A stretch of 63,261 bases of DNA, counting the filler, from Reclinomonas americana ATCC 50394 (Eukaryota), in assembly GCA_048213135.1 (NCBI GenBank). It is 7 parts of 2 records of this genome, joined end to end, with 100 filler letters (N's around TTAATTAATTAA, not from the genome) between each part and the next. Parts side by side here need not be neighbours in the genome. Positions count along the whole stretch, not along the records: positions 16,306 to 28,649 come from PS015070.1; positions 28,750 to 37,723 come from PS015070.1; positions 37,824 to 41,619 come from PS015070.1; 4 more parts are not named here. One strand, written 5' to 3'. Below are positions 23,502 through 38,307 of the stretch, piece by piece. The translations under genes were made by a program, and so were the position numbers. Below the pieces are notes generated by a model. That model was not told the DNA's origin. It did no database searches and saw only the letters and a list, made by a program, of their open reading frames with translations. How positions within the stretch are numbered: position 1 is the first letter of the stretch; each line of letters starts with the position of its first letter.

Positions 23502-26500
23502 CTACTCGTACAAGTCACCCTCCAAGTCAGCGTCCTCGTGCTCCGCCACTGGATATCCAGCGGCGGCCGGCAAGCCGTACACCGATTGCGAGGAGTAGGC
23601 GTCTACCACGTGCAGGTGACGGAAGCCGTCTTCTCGTTGGAAAGACGGAGAGATATGTTAGCGATGTAGGCAGTCGACATCACGAGGCAAAATAGCACGC
23701 ACTGATAAAGTTGGTGAGGTCGACACGCGGCAGGTGGTACTGCGCGGCGGCGAAACCGCTTCCGCTCCCACCGTCGCCATACCCACCGTGGTACGACACA
23801 CGTCCGCGACCGCGCTGAACGGGCTCCGGCGCACACACACGCTGCAGCTGCGTGTTGAGGTTCTCCATGGCCTGCAGGAACACATGCGGCCTCTCCGCCG
23901 ACACGCCCAGCGCCATGTTCACTTGCGACTCCAGCTGCACCAGATTCGTGCGCTGCTCGTCGACCATGCGGATGTCGCCTGAGCAGAAGGAGGGGTGAGA
24001 ACTGAACAAAAATATCGCTTTCTCTCTTTCCTCCCCGGCGCAACTGCTGGCCTTGGCCGCCCTAGCTGCGGCAATCTTGTCCAGCGACTCCAGCAACTCC
24101 TGTCGCTTCGTACGGATCATCTCCTCCAGCTGGTCGAACTGCTGATTCAACTGTGTGCGCGCATGTGTCAGTCGAAGGGCATTCATCATCGCTGCTGCTG
24201 ACGACGGAGGGACGGACTTTGGCGCGAGTGGCTGACAACTCCTCGGTGACCGTCTCGGGAACACGCTCGCAAATAATTGTCTGCTTCTGCAGTGCCTCCA
24301 TCTTGGTGGTCAGTTGCGGAAGCTGTTCATGCGCGCGTGTCACAGGTCAGATTATCAATGAATGACAGAAATGACAAGCATGGCTGGGAAAAACAACTAC
24401 CTTGCCGTGTGTTTGGTTTGTCAGCGGCTGAATTGCGTCCTCGTAGAACACGCAGTTACTGCGGGTAATACCCTTGCTGCAGCACATTCAGTGAGCAAAC
24501 GAGAGAGAGGCGGCGAATGCAAAAAAACAGAATACGCAACGAAAACACGCATTCATCGCACAAGCGTGAGCACTGGTCCAGATCGAAGAGCATGAGTTCC
24601 TTGTTGTGCTCCTCACACAACAAGAGCTCCGTCTGCGAAGACGCGGTGAATATTTGTGGACAACACTCCTTCCCTCCTTTCCCCCCTCGAACCTCGTCTT
24701 TGACAGCCAGCAACTCCTCCACCGACATGGTGGAGCGCTTGGATTGCTGACGGCGCACAGACTTGACAAAGCTGAGCACACTCGCGCCAGACGAAATGGT
24801 GGAGACGGCAGAGCACCAGTTGCACTGCGCCACGTTGGACTGCAGCGGGTACATGCGCAGCGCGCAGGACTTGCAGAGGGGGTGCGGCGCGGCGCACGCC
24901 GGCAGGTGCACGTAGTCGTCCACCAGCACCTCCTTGCAGACAATGCACTGGAGGCGATCCGCGGTGGAGGTCGGCGAGGCGCTCTGTGACTGGCTGGCGT
25001 GAGAGCAGGGGAGAGGGAGACAAAGACAAGGAGGGGCAAGAGCTGCGTGTGTGCGTGCGTCTCTCTCTCTCTCTCTCTCGTGTACGTGTACGTGTGTGGT
25101 GAATGCGTGTGGAGAGAAAGGGGAACTAAACTCACCGACTCGGCAGCCACAGTGGCGGTCGGTGAAGTACTCTGTTGGGGCGCCACAAGGTGAGAAATGA
25201 TACCGACTCGCAGTCATGGCTCGGCACATACCTTGGGCGGCGTGCGGACCTGTGATGAATAGCGAACGATACGGTGAGAACAGGAATGGTGGATAAGACG
25301 AAGGTGCAAAGCGAAACATACCGTCTGCGTGATAGTGCCGGAATTGACAAGGAGGCAGGCGAACAGGGTGAGAACTCGTGACAGGAGGGATGAGGGGAAG
25401 CAGGGAGAGGAGACACCTTTGGCGGGCTTGGGGACTGCGGGTAGACAATGATGGTGAGCCATTGTTGCATGCAGACATTAGATATGTGAGACAAACCTTT
25501 AAGTCGGCGGCCACCGTCTGTTCGTGTAAATAACAAAGACTTTGTGAGGGAGACTGGAAGAGCAAGGAGAGAACAATTGACACGCGGCACGAAACACGAG
25601 GCGGTGAAATGCTCTGCATGCCGCGTGCTTGTGAGCAACACACGAGACAAAGACGGTGACGGAAGAGATACTCACCACTGGTGACTTGGCGACTTCCGAC
25701 GGCATCAAGCTGCGACAGTGAGGGATGGTGAGACGTGCGGAGGAGCGTACGACAAGCGACAATGCGATGCAACACCTGTCCAATTCGCGAGGCGACGACG
25801 ACGCCGGCGGTGGGGCCATTTCCGTATCGCCCTCCACCTCCATCAGTTCCGACTCTGCCTCCTCCTTCTTGTGCGTGCGCACCTCGGGGGAGTCGGCGGC
25901 GGCAACGGCAGACACCGTGCCCACCGCCCGGCTGCTCTTCTTCTTGTACTTGCCCTTCAGCTTCTTGGCGGCCTCCAGAGCGCGAGCCGTCTCCTCCTCC
26001 GATGCCGCAGGCAGGACCTCCTCGTCGACAGGCTGTGCACCTGCGCATTGGAGGAAGGGTGGGAATGGGGAAAGGCGGGAAGGCAGGATGAGGAAACAAG
26101 AGGGAGAGAGAGAAGACAGACAAGCAAAGATGTTCCGGTGTCCTCCTCTACTCCTTGCTTTTTTTCGACCTCGTGATACACGACGAGAAAGATATAAAGA
26201 TGAGAGGAGAGACAGAATGAAAACACAGATATTCCTTCGTGCTTCTCTATTCTCCTTGCTTTCCCATGATTTCCACATCGACGATACAATGAAGTGCGAA
26301 AGGGAAGACAGAGAGAGAGAGAGAGAGCAGCAGGAAGGCCAGACAGACGCGTGCTTCTCTCTATCCTCCTTGCTTTCCCATGACTTCACGTCGAAGATGC
26401 ATGAAGAGAAAGGTATACGGAAGTGAGAGCGAAGCAGGAAGGCCAGACAGATTTCTCTGATTTCTCATGACTCAACACTGAAATGTCAGACAGAACGACA

Positions 26501-27769
26501 AGGTTTCCCTGCATGCTTTTCTCTCTTCTCCTTGCTTTCCCATGACTCCACATCGACGATACACGAAGGGAAGGATGCAAGGAAGCGAGAGCGAAGCAGG
26601 AAGGCCCAACAGACATGCGAAGAGATATTCCTGCGTTCTTCTCTCTATCCTCCTAAGTTGCATGAAGGGGGATGAGAGAAGAGACAGAGAAAAGACAGTT
26701 ATTCTTGGTGCTTCTCACTCTTTCCTCGTTTCCTCATGGCTCGTGGCTGGGGAAGGAAGGGCCAATAAAGGAAAGAGAGAGAGAGAAGAGACAGACATAC
26801 CGAAGAGAAGGTAATTCATACACGTGCTTTTATCTCTCTCTCTCTCTCCATCTCATTCTCTTTCTTGTTTCACCTTCCAGTTCAGCAACTGAATCGACAA
26901 CACGAGCTTTCTCTCTCACGAACATGCAGTCTTGCTTTCCCTTGCGCAGCGCGCGAATCGACGACATGAAGACACATATTCCTGCATGCTTCTCTTTCTC
27001 TTTACCCCTCCACGCACCATATCGAAGCGGAACCTTCGCGGGCAGCTTGGGCTGCTTGTGCACCATACCGCCGCCCTCAAACTCCTGCCTCTGCAGCTCC
27101 TGCGCCATGAGATACGACGGATCGCTCTCGTCAATCTCCGGCGCCGCAGCCTCTTGCAGTTGCTGTGAGAGAAGAGTCAGGACGAAGACGCAGCAGTCGC
27201 TCTGCAAAAGTCAGCCACGCACGTCTTGCATGTCGAAATACGCCTGGACTTGATCGGCGAATTCCTTTTCTGTCAACGTGCCCGCATCCAGCGCCGCGTG
27301 CAACGACTCCAGTGTCACCTCCGGCGCAGGCTGTGGCTGCGCCTGCTGCATGGCCTGCTGGAGCACACTCAACAGATCATGATCATCGGCGGCCACGCCG
27401 GGTGGAGCCAGAGGAGGCGGAGGAGGCGGCGGAGGAGCGGTGTACTGCGCTACCGCCTGCTGAAAGGCATCCAACATCTCGGCAGTCGGCGGTTGATACG
27501 AAGGTGGCGGCAACATAGGGACGTCTTCCGATGCACCAGCACCCATCCACTGGCTGATGGCCTGCATGAAGTCGGGCGGAATCTGTGTTATGTAGCCTGT
27601 CACGTCAGACAAGCCAATGATTGCTGGCGGGAAATTACAGCGCAACTGATTCCGCTGCTGCTGCAAGAGGTGCAGGAGGTGCAGGAGGAGGAGGAGGAGG
27701 AGGAGGAGCAGAATGCTCATCCACTTCCATGGAAGGTGGTGGTGGTGGCGAAGAAGACTCGTCCGACAT
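23502..27769 (-). CDS. RING (C3HC4) / degenerate B-box / coiled-coil (TRIM/RBCC-like) protein with a long Pro/acidic N-terminus; putative E3 ligase
   Basis: CIVC...CAAPHPLCKSC...CNWC RING; CEEHNKELMLFDLDQCSRLCDEC B-box-like; coiled coil LNQQFDQLEEMIRTKRQELLESLDK; YLMAQELQRQE ubiquitin-binding-like helix. Confidence 0.72.
26130..26650. repeat. Degenerate intronic tandem repeat
   Basis: Repeated ctccttgctttcccatga...cacatcgacgatac...gcaggaaggcc units. Confidence 0.65.
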
Positions 27770-29058
27770 GATCCTGAGAGGACGACAAGCACAGTTCAAA
27801 ATTGTCAGATGCACACCTTGGAAGAAAGAGCACGACAAGCACAGAGGGACAGACAGAGAGAGGCAAGCACACGCACGCACACACACAGACAGAGAGAGGA
27901 AAAAGGAAACACGCGGCTATTTTTGTCACTGCTCATCGAGACGAGCAAGAGGCGCTTGCACAGGCGCACAGAGAGCAGGAAAGACACACACACTCTCGCT
28001 CACACACCGCTCACACACCGCTCACTCGTTGAAAAGAATAAAACACAACACAAAATGCAACGTGAAATTTCATGTCGAGGTCGACATCGACTCTTTGTTT
28101 GTGTTGGTGGATGCACCGCGTGAGCATTCTTGAGCGACACGTGTCTCCGCCTCCGCCTGTTTCCTCTGAGTCTGCCTCTGCGTCTGTTGTTTGTGTGCAA
28201 CCAATGGCATCTTCTTCTTCTTCTTCTTTGTGTGCGCTGAGTCCGCGTGGAGTGTACATTGTTGGAGTTGCTCGGTGAGAGAGAGGGAGAGAGCAGAGGG
28301 GAAAGGGAGAGTGTGAGAGAGAGAGACAGGGAAAGTGTGTGATTGAGAATGCATTGCATTTTGAGGTTCACACACACACACACACATACACACACTGACA
28401 GAGAGACTGACACAGGGACTAAGATAGAGAGGGCGCTGGTCAAGGACGCATGTTGTGTGTGAGAGAGAGAGACAGAAGGTGTGATTGAGCATGCAATGCA
28501 ACTTTGAAGTTCACACACACACACATAGAGAGAGAGAGCAGGGGAAGGGCGAGAGTGTGAGAGAGACTGCACTTTGCATTGTGAGGTCCACAGACGCACA
28601 CAGAGAGAGAGAGAGAGAGAGAGAGCAGGCGAGAGTGTGTGAGAGAGACNNNNNNNNNNNNNNNNNNNNNNNNNNNNNNNNNNNNNNNNNNNNTTAATTA
28701 ATTAANNNNNNNNNNNNNNNNNNNNNNNNNNNNNNNNNNNNNNNNNNNNCATGAGGAGACGTGTAACAGTGTGAGCAGGAGATAAGAGCCTGCTTGACTA
28801 CGCTTCTTGGATTGAGCAACCAGAACTGGCAGGGAGAAGGGCTTGTCTGAGATGCAGCACGAGGAGACGAGTGCGTGAGTGAGCAAGAGAGAATGGAAAG
28901 AGACTGCTGTGCTTCTTCGATTGAGCAACCAGGCAGTGAGAAGGATAGTCTGCGATTTGAGCAAGAAGAATAGAGTGGCGCAAACAGAAGAAGACGAGGG
29001 GGATGAGGCACCGATGCTGCATAGTCGCTCGCTCACCTCGCTTTGTTTGGTTTCGTAG

Positions 29059-31337
<2,279 letters not shown>

Positions 31338-31632
31338 AGTTGGCTTTCACCAATGCAATGGAGTATCGATATCGATGTCGAACATAAAGCGTTTCTGTCG
31401 ATTGTGAGCTGCTCCAACACTTTCATTATATTGTCGGCATGTTGCTGTCGATGGTGCTTCGACCGGTGTCATTCGCAGGATCGACTTGTTGTCGTAAAGT
31501 CGACCTTCACCAATGCAATGGAGTCGATGTCGATGTCGAACGAACATAAAGCGTTTCCGTCGATTGTGTCGTGTTTGTTTTTCTTTCATCGTCCTCGGAG
31601 AGCACACGTACACCCATACACACACAGACACA

Positions 31633-31913
31633 ATGGCCAACCGCCTTCCATCGACACCGCCCGCTCGCTACCTGCGCAGCCCACTGCTGCACATGGAGGA
31701 TCCCGAGCTGGTGCGCCATAGTGGACCAGTGAGAGCGCCCATGGTGTTCGCCGACGACTACCAAGAGGGAGAGGAGATAATCGTGCGTGACAGCCTGCAA
31801 CTGCACGGCAACGAGTTGCCGACAGTGTACACCGATCGCCTGCAAGTGCAAGTCGGCGATGTGCTCAACCTGGGCGGCTTTCGCGAGTCTCGCTCGTACA
31901 TTATCGGTGCGTG

Positions 31914-32000
<87 letters not shown>

Positions 32001-32730
32001 TCTCTCTCTCTCTCTCCCTCTCCTCACACGATCGTGCCCACACACACACAGGCGACGGCTTTCGCGTGTTCCTGAATCCGGACATTGGCTCTTCTGGCTA
32101 CCTCACCATCCCGCTCGCTGTCTCTCGTCTCTTCCGCAACGCGGTGGAAAAATACTCCGAGGTGGAGTGGTCGTACATGGAGGTGGCGGCTGACGACGAG
32201 TGGTTGGTGGAGCGTCTCGGCGGAGTGGCGCCTGCCGAGTGGCGACTGGTGCTGTGCAGCGACGGTGGTGGCGGTGTCACCGACGTGACGCTCAGCCTGT
32301 CCGCCAACCATGAGCGCTCATTCCCCACCAAGGACCCGAACCTCACACTCGACACCATGCAAGCGTACGTGGCCGCGCGTGCACGCCCGCAAGTCTCGAT
32401 CAAGGTGTCGGTCAACCTGCAGGGCGCCGAGGTGATGCGGGCCTTCAATGAACGCCATCCGACGCCGGCACAAGTTGCGCGCGCGCCAAGCAGCAGCAGT
32501 AGTGTTATGAAAGGCATGTGTAACTCACCTGCCTCTCCTCACATCAGCAAATGCCGCCGACGCTGGACGCCGAGTGGTCGTGCAGTGCAACAGGCGGTGG
32601 CGGCTCCTCCGTCAGTCGCTACGCTCAGTTCTATATGAGCGGTCCTGAGGACAAGCTCGACGAACAGCTCGCCGTGCTGCGAGAGTGGAGTGCGGGGTTC
32701 GAGGAGCAGATCTCTGTGCGGCCTCAATGA
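31633..32730 (+). CDS. Uncharacterised protein, paralogue A (3 exons)
   Basis: MANRLPSTPPARYLR...QVGDVLNLGGFRESRSYII|GDGFRVFLNPDIGSSGYLTIPLAVS...|QMPPTL...LREWSAGFEEQISVRPQ*; full-length similarity and the same intron positions as 34340-35344. Confidence 0.85.
31917..31995. repeat. (GT)n microsatellite in intron 1 of paralogue A
   Basis: About 39 GT units. Confidence 0.95.
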
Positions 32731-32914
32731 ACGTAAAAATGTGGAAATGAATCGATATCGGTAGGGGTTTTGTGATCTCTGTTGTCCCACTCTGTGTGTA
32801 GCTGAGAAGAGCAAGCCACCTGTTCGTTAACGAACGCCTGTGTATGGAGTCAAACACGCTTATGCGGTGAAGATCGCAGTTCTCGACTTGAACATGTTCG
32901 GAGCTCCGAGATCA

Positions 32915-33030
32915 AGAGCGAATACACACACCACACAAGAAACCTGCTGCCTCAAGATTGGTGTCTTTGTTGATCTTTTGGATATGGTTGGACTCGGTCA
33001 TCAAGACAGCTGTTGCTTGTTTGTTGGTGA
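32915..33030 (-). repeat. Dispersed intergenic repeat (family member; see 60350-60717)
   Basis: ttggatatggttggactcggtcatcaagacagctgttgcttgtttgttggtgaa matches 60660-60717; its reverse complement matches 60350-60460. Confidence 0.75.
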
Positions 33031-33066
33031 AGCGCACGACCATTACATCTGGTCGGCCCATTGCGG

Positions 33067-33288
33067 TGCCGTTGCCAAAATCAACAGGCGGCAGTGACAA
33101 CTCCTGTGAGCAACACCATCATCAGCGACAACCACTCAACTGCCGTTGCCAAAATCAACAGGCGGCAGTGACAACTCCTGTGAGCAACACCATCATCAGC
33201 GACAACCACTCAACTGCCGTTGCCAAAATCAACAGGCGGCAGTGACAACTCCTGTGAGCAACACCATCATCAGCGACAACCACTCAAC
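33067..33288. repeat. Perfect 74-bp tandem repeat, three copies
   Basis: Unit tgccgttgccaaaatcaacaggcggcagtgacaactcctgtgagcaacaccatcatcagcgacaaccactcaac at 33067, 33141, 33215. Confidence 0.95.
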
Positions 33289-34339
33289 TACACCTCAGCT
33301 CCTTCCCGGACTTCCTTGCACGTTGCCTGGCTTTGATGGTTTTTCCTATATATGTGTTCTGACACCAACACCTCTTGCTATCTTTCTGCATTCCTTTTTG
33401 GAATTCGGCGTCAAATCCATGCTTGTCATGAGCCGTACGCGTGGTTTCTCTTGCAGAAATGCCAGCATTAGCCATCTCGACTTTTTCTCGCTTTTTCCCG
33501 TGATGTCTGAGTTTCTGGTGCCCACTCAAGATGGCGATCATCATGCAGCTGTGTTGCTGTTTGGATTAGTAAAGTTGTTGTTGTTGATAAAATCCTCTTG
33601 AGCACTCGTTGGCTCGGTGGTGCACCTGCGATTGGGAAAAAGATTCAACCATGTTCCCCGTTGGTGCTCACTGTCTGCTGACTTTGTGCAAGGATGGAGG
33701 TCGTGTGTCGTCGGCAACGATGATGCACGTTCTTGGCGGAAGCAGTCTCTTCACTGAGTCTTGCATGCTGCCCGGCTGCTTGTCTTCGGACGGTNNNNNN
33801 NNNNNNNNNNNNNNNNNNNNNNNNNNNNNNNNNNNNNNNNNNNNNNNNNNNNNNNNNNNNNNNNNNNNNNNNNNNNNNNNNNNNNNNNNNNNNNNNNGTT
33901 GTTGAATTGTTGAGTTGACGTTCGGATGGAACGTGATTATCGAACTTGAAATCGAGTCGCTTCACCTCCTGCATGCATCTCTGAAGCCTTATGATATGAT
34001 GCAGCTGTGTTGCTGTATATGCGGCCGGATGTAGCCTGCTGTTTCTTGCTGGTGCCAGTGTCGTTTTCTTCATCCGGCACTTTGAATTCGAATTCGAATT
34101 CCAGTGTTCGCTGCGACATGCATATTTCAGTTTTTTTTTGGTTCCTCATGTTCCATCGTGCAGCTGCAGAAAGGAGCCTCCTTGTGCTGTTAACGTTCGT
34201 ATTATGACGCATTTATCGACGGGCGAGACCAGGTTGTCCGCGTGCGCATTTGCCATTTTTGGCGGGGTTTTTCGATTTCTCACGCACAAGACACACGCAC
34301 GCACAAGCGAACACACACACACACACACTCACATGCATC

Positions 34340-35344
34340 ATGGCCGCTGCAGGTCGCCAAGCGTCGACACCACCCGCGCGCTACATTCGCTGCGAGTTGC
34401 TGCACATGGCCGATCCCGTGCTGGCGACAACCACAGATTTTCGTCACCCTCCCGATCTTGAAGGCGAAGAAGAAGACGCAGACGAGGTGTTCGACGAGCT
34501 GCGTTTGCACGGAAAGCCGCTGCCACCTGTGTACGACAACCTCCACGCACAAGTGGGCGATGTCATCAACTTTGGCGACTATCGCGACTGTCGATCATAC
34601 ATTGTAGGCGCGTCTCTCTCCACTCGCGCAGCCTCCCATGTCTCTCTCTCTCTCTCACACACACAATGCCAATGCAGGCGAGACTGGCCGCATGATCCAC
34701 AACCCAGACTACGGCTCCTCCGGCTACCTCACCATCCCACTTGCGGTCTCGCACCTCTTCCGCCATGCAGTGGACAAGTTCGCGGCGGTGCCCTGGTCAT
34801 ACTTGGACGTGGCGGTCGACGACGAGTGGGTCGTGGAGCGACTCGGTGGACCTGCGCCCGCCCACTGGACTCTGTGTCTCAGTGGCGACGATGGCGACGT
34901 GGAGGCGATTGTGCTGCGCCTGCCCGACGGCCACGAGCACCGGTTTGGTGTCAATGACCCGAACCTGACGCTCGACGCCATGCACGCCTACGTGACGGCA
35001 CGTGCGCGTCCGCGTATCTCGCTTGTGGTGACAGTGAGCCTCCACGGCGTCGACATGATGCAGGCGTTCAACGATCGATATCCAACACGCGCGGAAGTTA
35101 CGCCAAAAGGCTCTGCACAGTGTGCCTCCTGCTTGCTCACTCACTGCTCCCTGTCCGCGTGCAGCAATTGCCGCCGACACTGGGCGCCGAGTGGTCGTGC
35201 GATGGCATGGCCGGCAGTGGTTCTGCAGTCAGCCGCAACAGTCGGTACTGCCTCACCGGACCTCGGGATCAGCTCGTGCAGCAGCTCACTCTGCTGCGCG
35301 AGTGGAGCGCCGGCTTTGAGGAGCAGATCACCGTACAATACTAA
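34340..35344 (+). CDS. Uncharacterised protein, paralogue B (3 exons)
   Basis: MAAAGRQASTPPARYIR...QVGDVINFGDYRDCRSYIV|GETGRMIHNPDYGSSGYLTIPLAVS...|QLPPTL...LREWSAGFEEQITVQY*. Confidence 0.85.
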
Positions 35345-35931
35345 GAATGAATGCTTCTCGAACATGACTTCTCCTCCGCGAGGGCGTGCGTGTGAGAGCC
35401 CTCCAGAACGCACACGGCCACTGCACAGCCGTCGTCGTGAGTGATGGAGATCAGTGCCTGTGTGACACCGCGTGCGTCGGCCTCCTCCAGTGCTCTTCCG
35501 CGCAGTTGCACCAGTGGAATGCCTGTGCATGTGGAGTGAGCGTGTGGGGAAGCGTGCAAGTGAGTGAGTGAGCAGAGAGAGACACCTTTTGCTCCACGAG
35601 TGATGCACACATCGGCTGCGGAGAAGCGACGACCGAGCGCCTTGAAGACGGCCTCCTTGGCTGCCCATCTGTGGGCAAAGAGACGCACTGTTTGCACAGA
35701 GTGTCAGCAGACGAGCACACACACATACCTTCCGGCGTAGTGCTCGGCCACTCGTCGATCGTGTGTGCTCCACGGCGATTGCATGTGTCGTTCGAGTTCT
35801 TCCGGGAAGAGGCGACGCACGACGCGCGAGAAGCGAGCGGAGGTGGTGGTGGTGGTGTCGGAGAGTGCAAGGAGACGCGCCATGCGATCCACTCGGACCA
35901 GGTCGATGCCCAGACCGCGAATGCTCAACAT
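35341..35931 (-). CDS. acpS: AcpS-type 4'-phosphopantetheinyl transferase (holo-ACP synthase, Ppt2-like), 3 exons
   Basis: IRGLGIDLV, AGR|WAAKEAVFKALG, GIPLVQL, ISITHDDGCAVAVCVLE. Confidence 0.92.
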
Positions 35932-36125
35932 CGGTTTGGTGAGAAAGAATGGAGGACAAGTCGACGTTTTCATTCAGGGACCGCTTGCGAGGCGTGGCCT
36001 CGTGCTGGTGCTTCCTGTTCTTTCCCTTCGATTGATGCTGCTGCGTCGCGAAGAGCTCTCTCTCATGTCACTGGAGAGCAGGAAACGCGAATGATGATTC
36101 GTCTCGCCCACCGGTTTCCGCTTCG

Positions 36126-38269
36126 TTACGACTCGGCCTCGGCCAGTGACGCATCTGCAACAGCTCGTGCGTGAGTAAAGACAGTGCAGCTGCAAGGAAG
36201 CAGTGCATGTGGGAATCGTCCACCTTCGCCATCGTCATCGTCCGCGACGGCCGCAGTGGCCAACAATCCCAGCAGCTCCTGGTTGAACCGGAAGCGCAGC
36301 ACGTGTGCCTGCTCCCGAATGAAGCAGCGAAGCACCAGCAGCGGCAGCGGCTCGGACCACATGTCCATTGCACACACTTCGTGCTCGTCACCGTCATCGT
36401 CGTCGTCGTCGTCGTCGCCACTCAACAACATGTCCACTTCGCCACTCCCGCCACCACGGTCTGCCGCCTCCGCCAGATCATCGCCCATTTGCTGCTGCTG
36501 CTCCCGTACCTCTCGTAATGCCTCCATGGCGTCATACACAGCCACCATCTCCTGCTCCATGCACCATCGAGAGCCCCACAAGCCTGCAACCACGACCATG
36601 AATCACACTTCTCGCACGCACTCCCACGCACACAAAACAATCAATAACAAACCATGCTCCCACAATCTCGCCGTGCGGTCAAAGCTGCCGCTCACAATGC
36701 GGCCATCTTGCAGAAAGGCGGCCGAGTACACGCTGTCACCGTGGCCCTCACACACGGCCACGCACACACCCGACTCGACGTGCCACACGCGCAGAGTGTG
36801 ATCTGAGGAGACGCGCACCGGGTGAGAGGACACACGCAGCAGCGACATATTCTTTGCACAAACGCAACCAGGCGAGGCACTGACAACGTGCGACCCGTCG
36901 GTGGAGAAGCAGAGACTCCACACAGAGCCCTCGTGACCCTCCAGCGTGCGCACTATTTCGCCTCGACGCAACGACCACACCACAATACAACTGTCTTGGT
37001 GACCGCTCACCATGGTGTCACCGTCGGGCGACAGCGCCAACGAGAACACAGGACTCTCGGCAGGCAACGAGCGCACCAACTCGCCCGTCTCCACCTTCCA
37101 CAACTGAATCACACGGTCCCACGACCCGCTGAGCAGGAGATCGTCGTCGGGCGTCAACTCCAACCCAAACACCGCATTTGCGGGTCCCTGAATGACACGC
37201 ACACACTCGCCAGTGGCCGCCAGCCACATGCGAATCGATCGCTCCCGTGAACCACTAAACACGTACAGATTGTTGCGTGTCACCACTAGACACCGCACAC
37301 CATCCGTGTGCCCCACTCCGCGCCACGCCAGCCGTCCACCACCACCACCACCACCACCACCCTGCCCGTGTCTCTGCAACAGACCCGACAGGTCCCACAT
37401 CACCACGGCCTTGTCCCAGCCGCCACTGACCAAGCGGAAGGGGTCAGTGGGCGAAAAGAGCACGGCATACACGCCGCGCGTGTGACCCTCCAGCACGCTC
37501 AACAACTCAAAGCCGTCACCATCAAACACGCGCACTTTCTTGTCTGAGCACGCTGTCACCACCAACTGGCGGACCTGCGGGGAGGTAAAGAAGGGTGAGG
37601 GAGGAGGGGGAAGGAGGGGGGGGGAGGGGGAAGGAGGGGGAAGGAGGGGGAAGGAGGGGGAGGAGGGGGAGGAGGGGAAGGAGGGGAAGGAGGGGAAGGA
37701 GGGGGAGGAGGGGAAGGAGGGGANNNNNNNNNNNNNNNNNNNNNNNNNNNNNNNNNNNNNNNNNNNNTTAATTAATTAANNNNNNNNNNNNNNNNNNNNN
37801 NNNNNNNNNNNNNNNNNNNNNNNGAGGAGGGGGAAGGAGGGGAGAAGGAGGGGAGAAGGAAGGAGAAGGAGGTAGAAGAGTAGTCAAAGGGCAATCACTC
37901 TCGACAATCAAAGATACAGGTCGCATTCATGTTTGCTCCCTCTCCCTCCCCATTCCCTCTCTCCCACCCTCCTCCCTCTCTCAGTGCACTCACATGGAAG
38001 ACAATGACAAGCAATCACAAAACACGCGTCACCTCTTGCTCACTCACTCTCTCTCCCCACTCTCCCTCCCTCCCTCCCTCCACCCTCTCCCTCCTCCTCC
38101 TCCAACACTCAACTGGGCGTCCAGTGTACGTGCGGAGAGTGTGCGGGTTGTCCACGGGTGGCGACATGGCCACATCATAAACTCCTGCTGCGTGCCCCTC
38201 AAATCTCCCCAGCTCCTTGGCATGCAACGGAGGTGCGAGCTCGTACTCTTCTTCCTCCTCCGCCTGCAT
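36126..38269 (-). CDS. WD40 beta-propeller protein with a helical C-terminal extension; exon 1 lies across the linker at 37768
   Basis: About 7-8 GH...WD repeats (LEGHTRGVYAV, VGHTDGVRCL, LEGHEGSVWSL, CEGHGDSVYS); intron after WEH joins GLWGSRWCMEQEM...LREVREQ...LPLLVLRCF. Confidence 0.8.
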
Positions 38270-38307
38270 CACCCCCGCTCACAAGAAACAAAATGGAATT
38301 ATTCATT

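Noticed and set aside
28000-28290. Possible terminal exon of another minus-strand gene
   Set aside because: Frame and product cannot be determined; no recognisable motif
33067-33288. CRISPR-like array
   Set aside because: Contiguous identical units with no unique spacers, no cas genes, eukaryotic context
36126-36599. Independent small acidic gene
   Set aside because: Splices in frame to the upstream WD40 exons and matches the tail of the WD40 at 59206-60318
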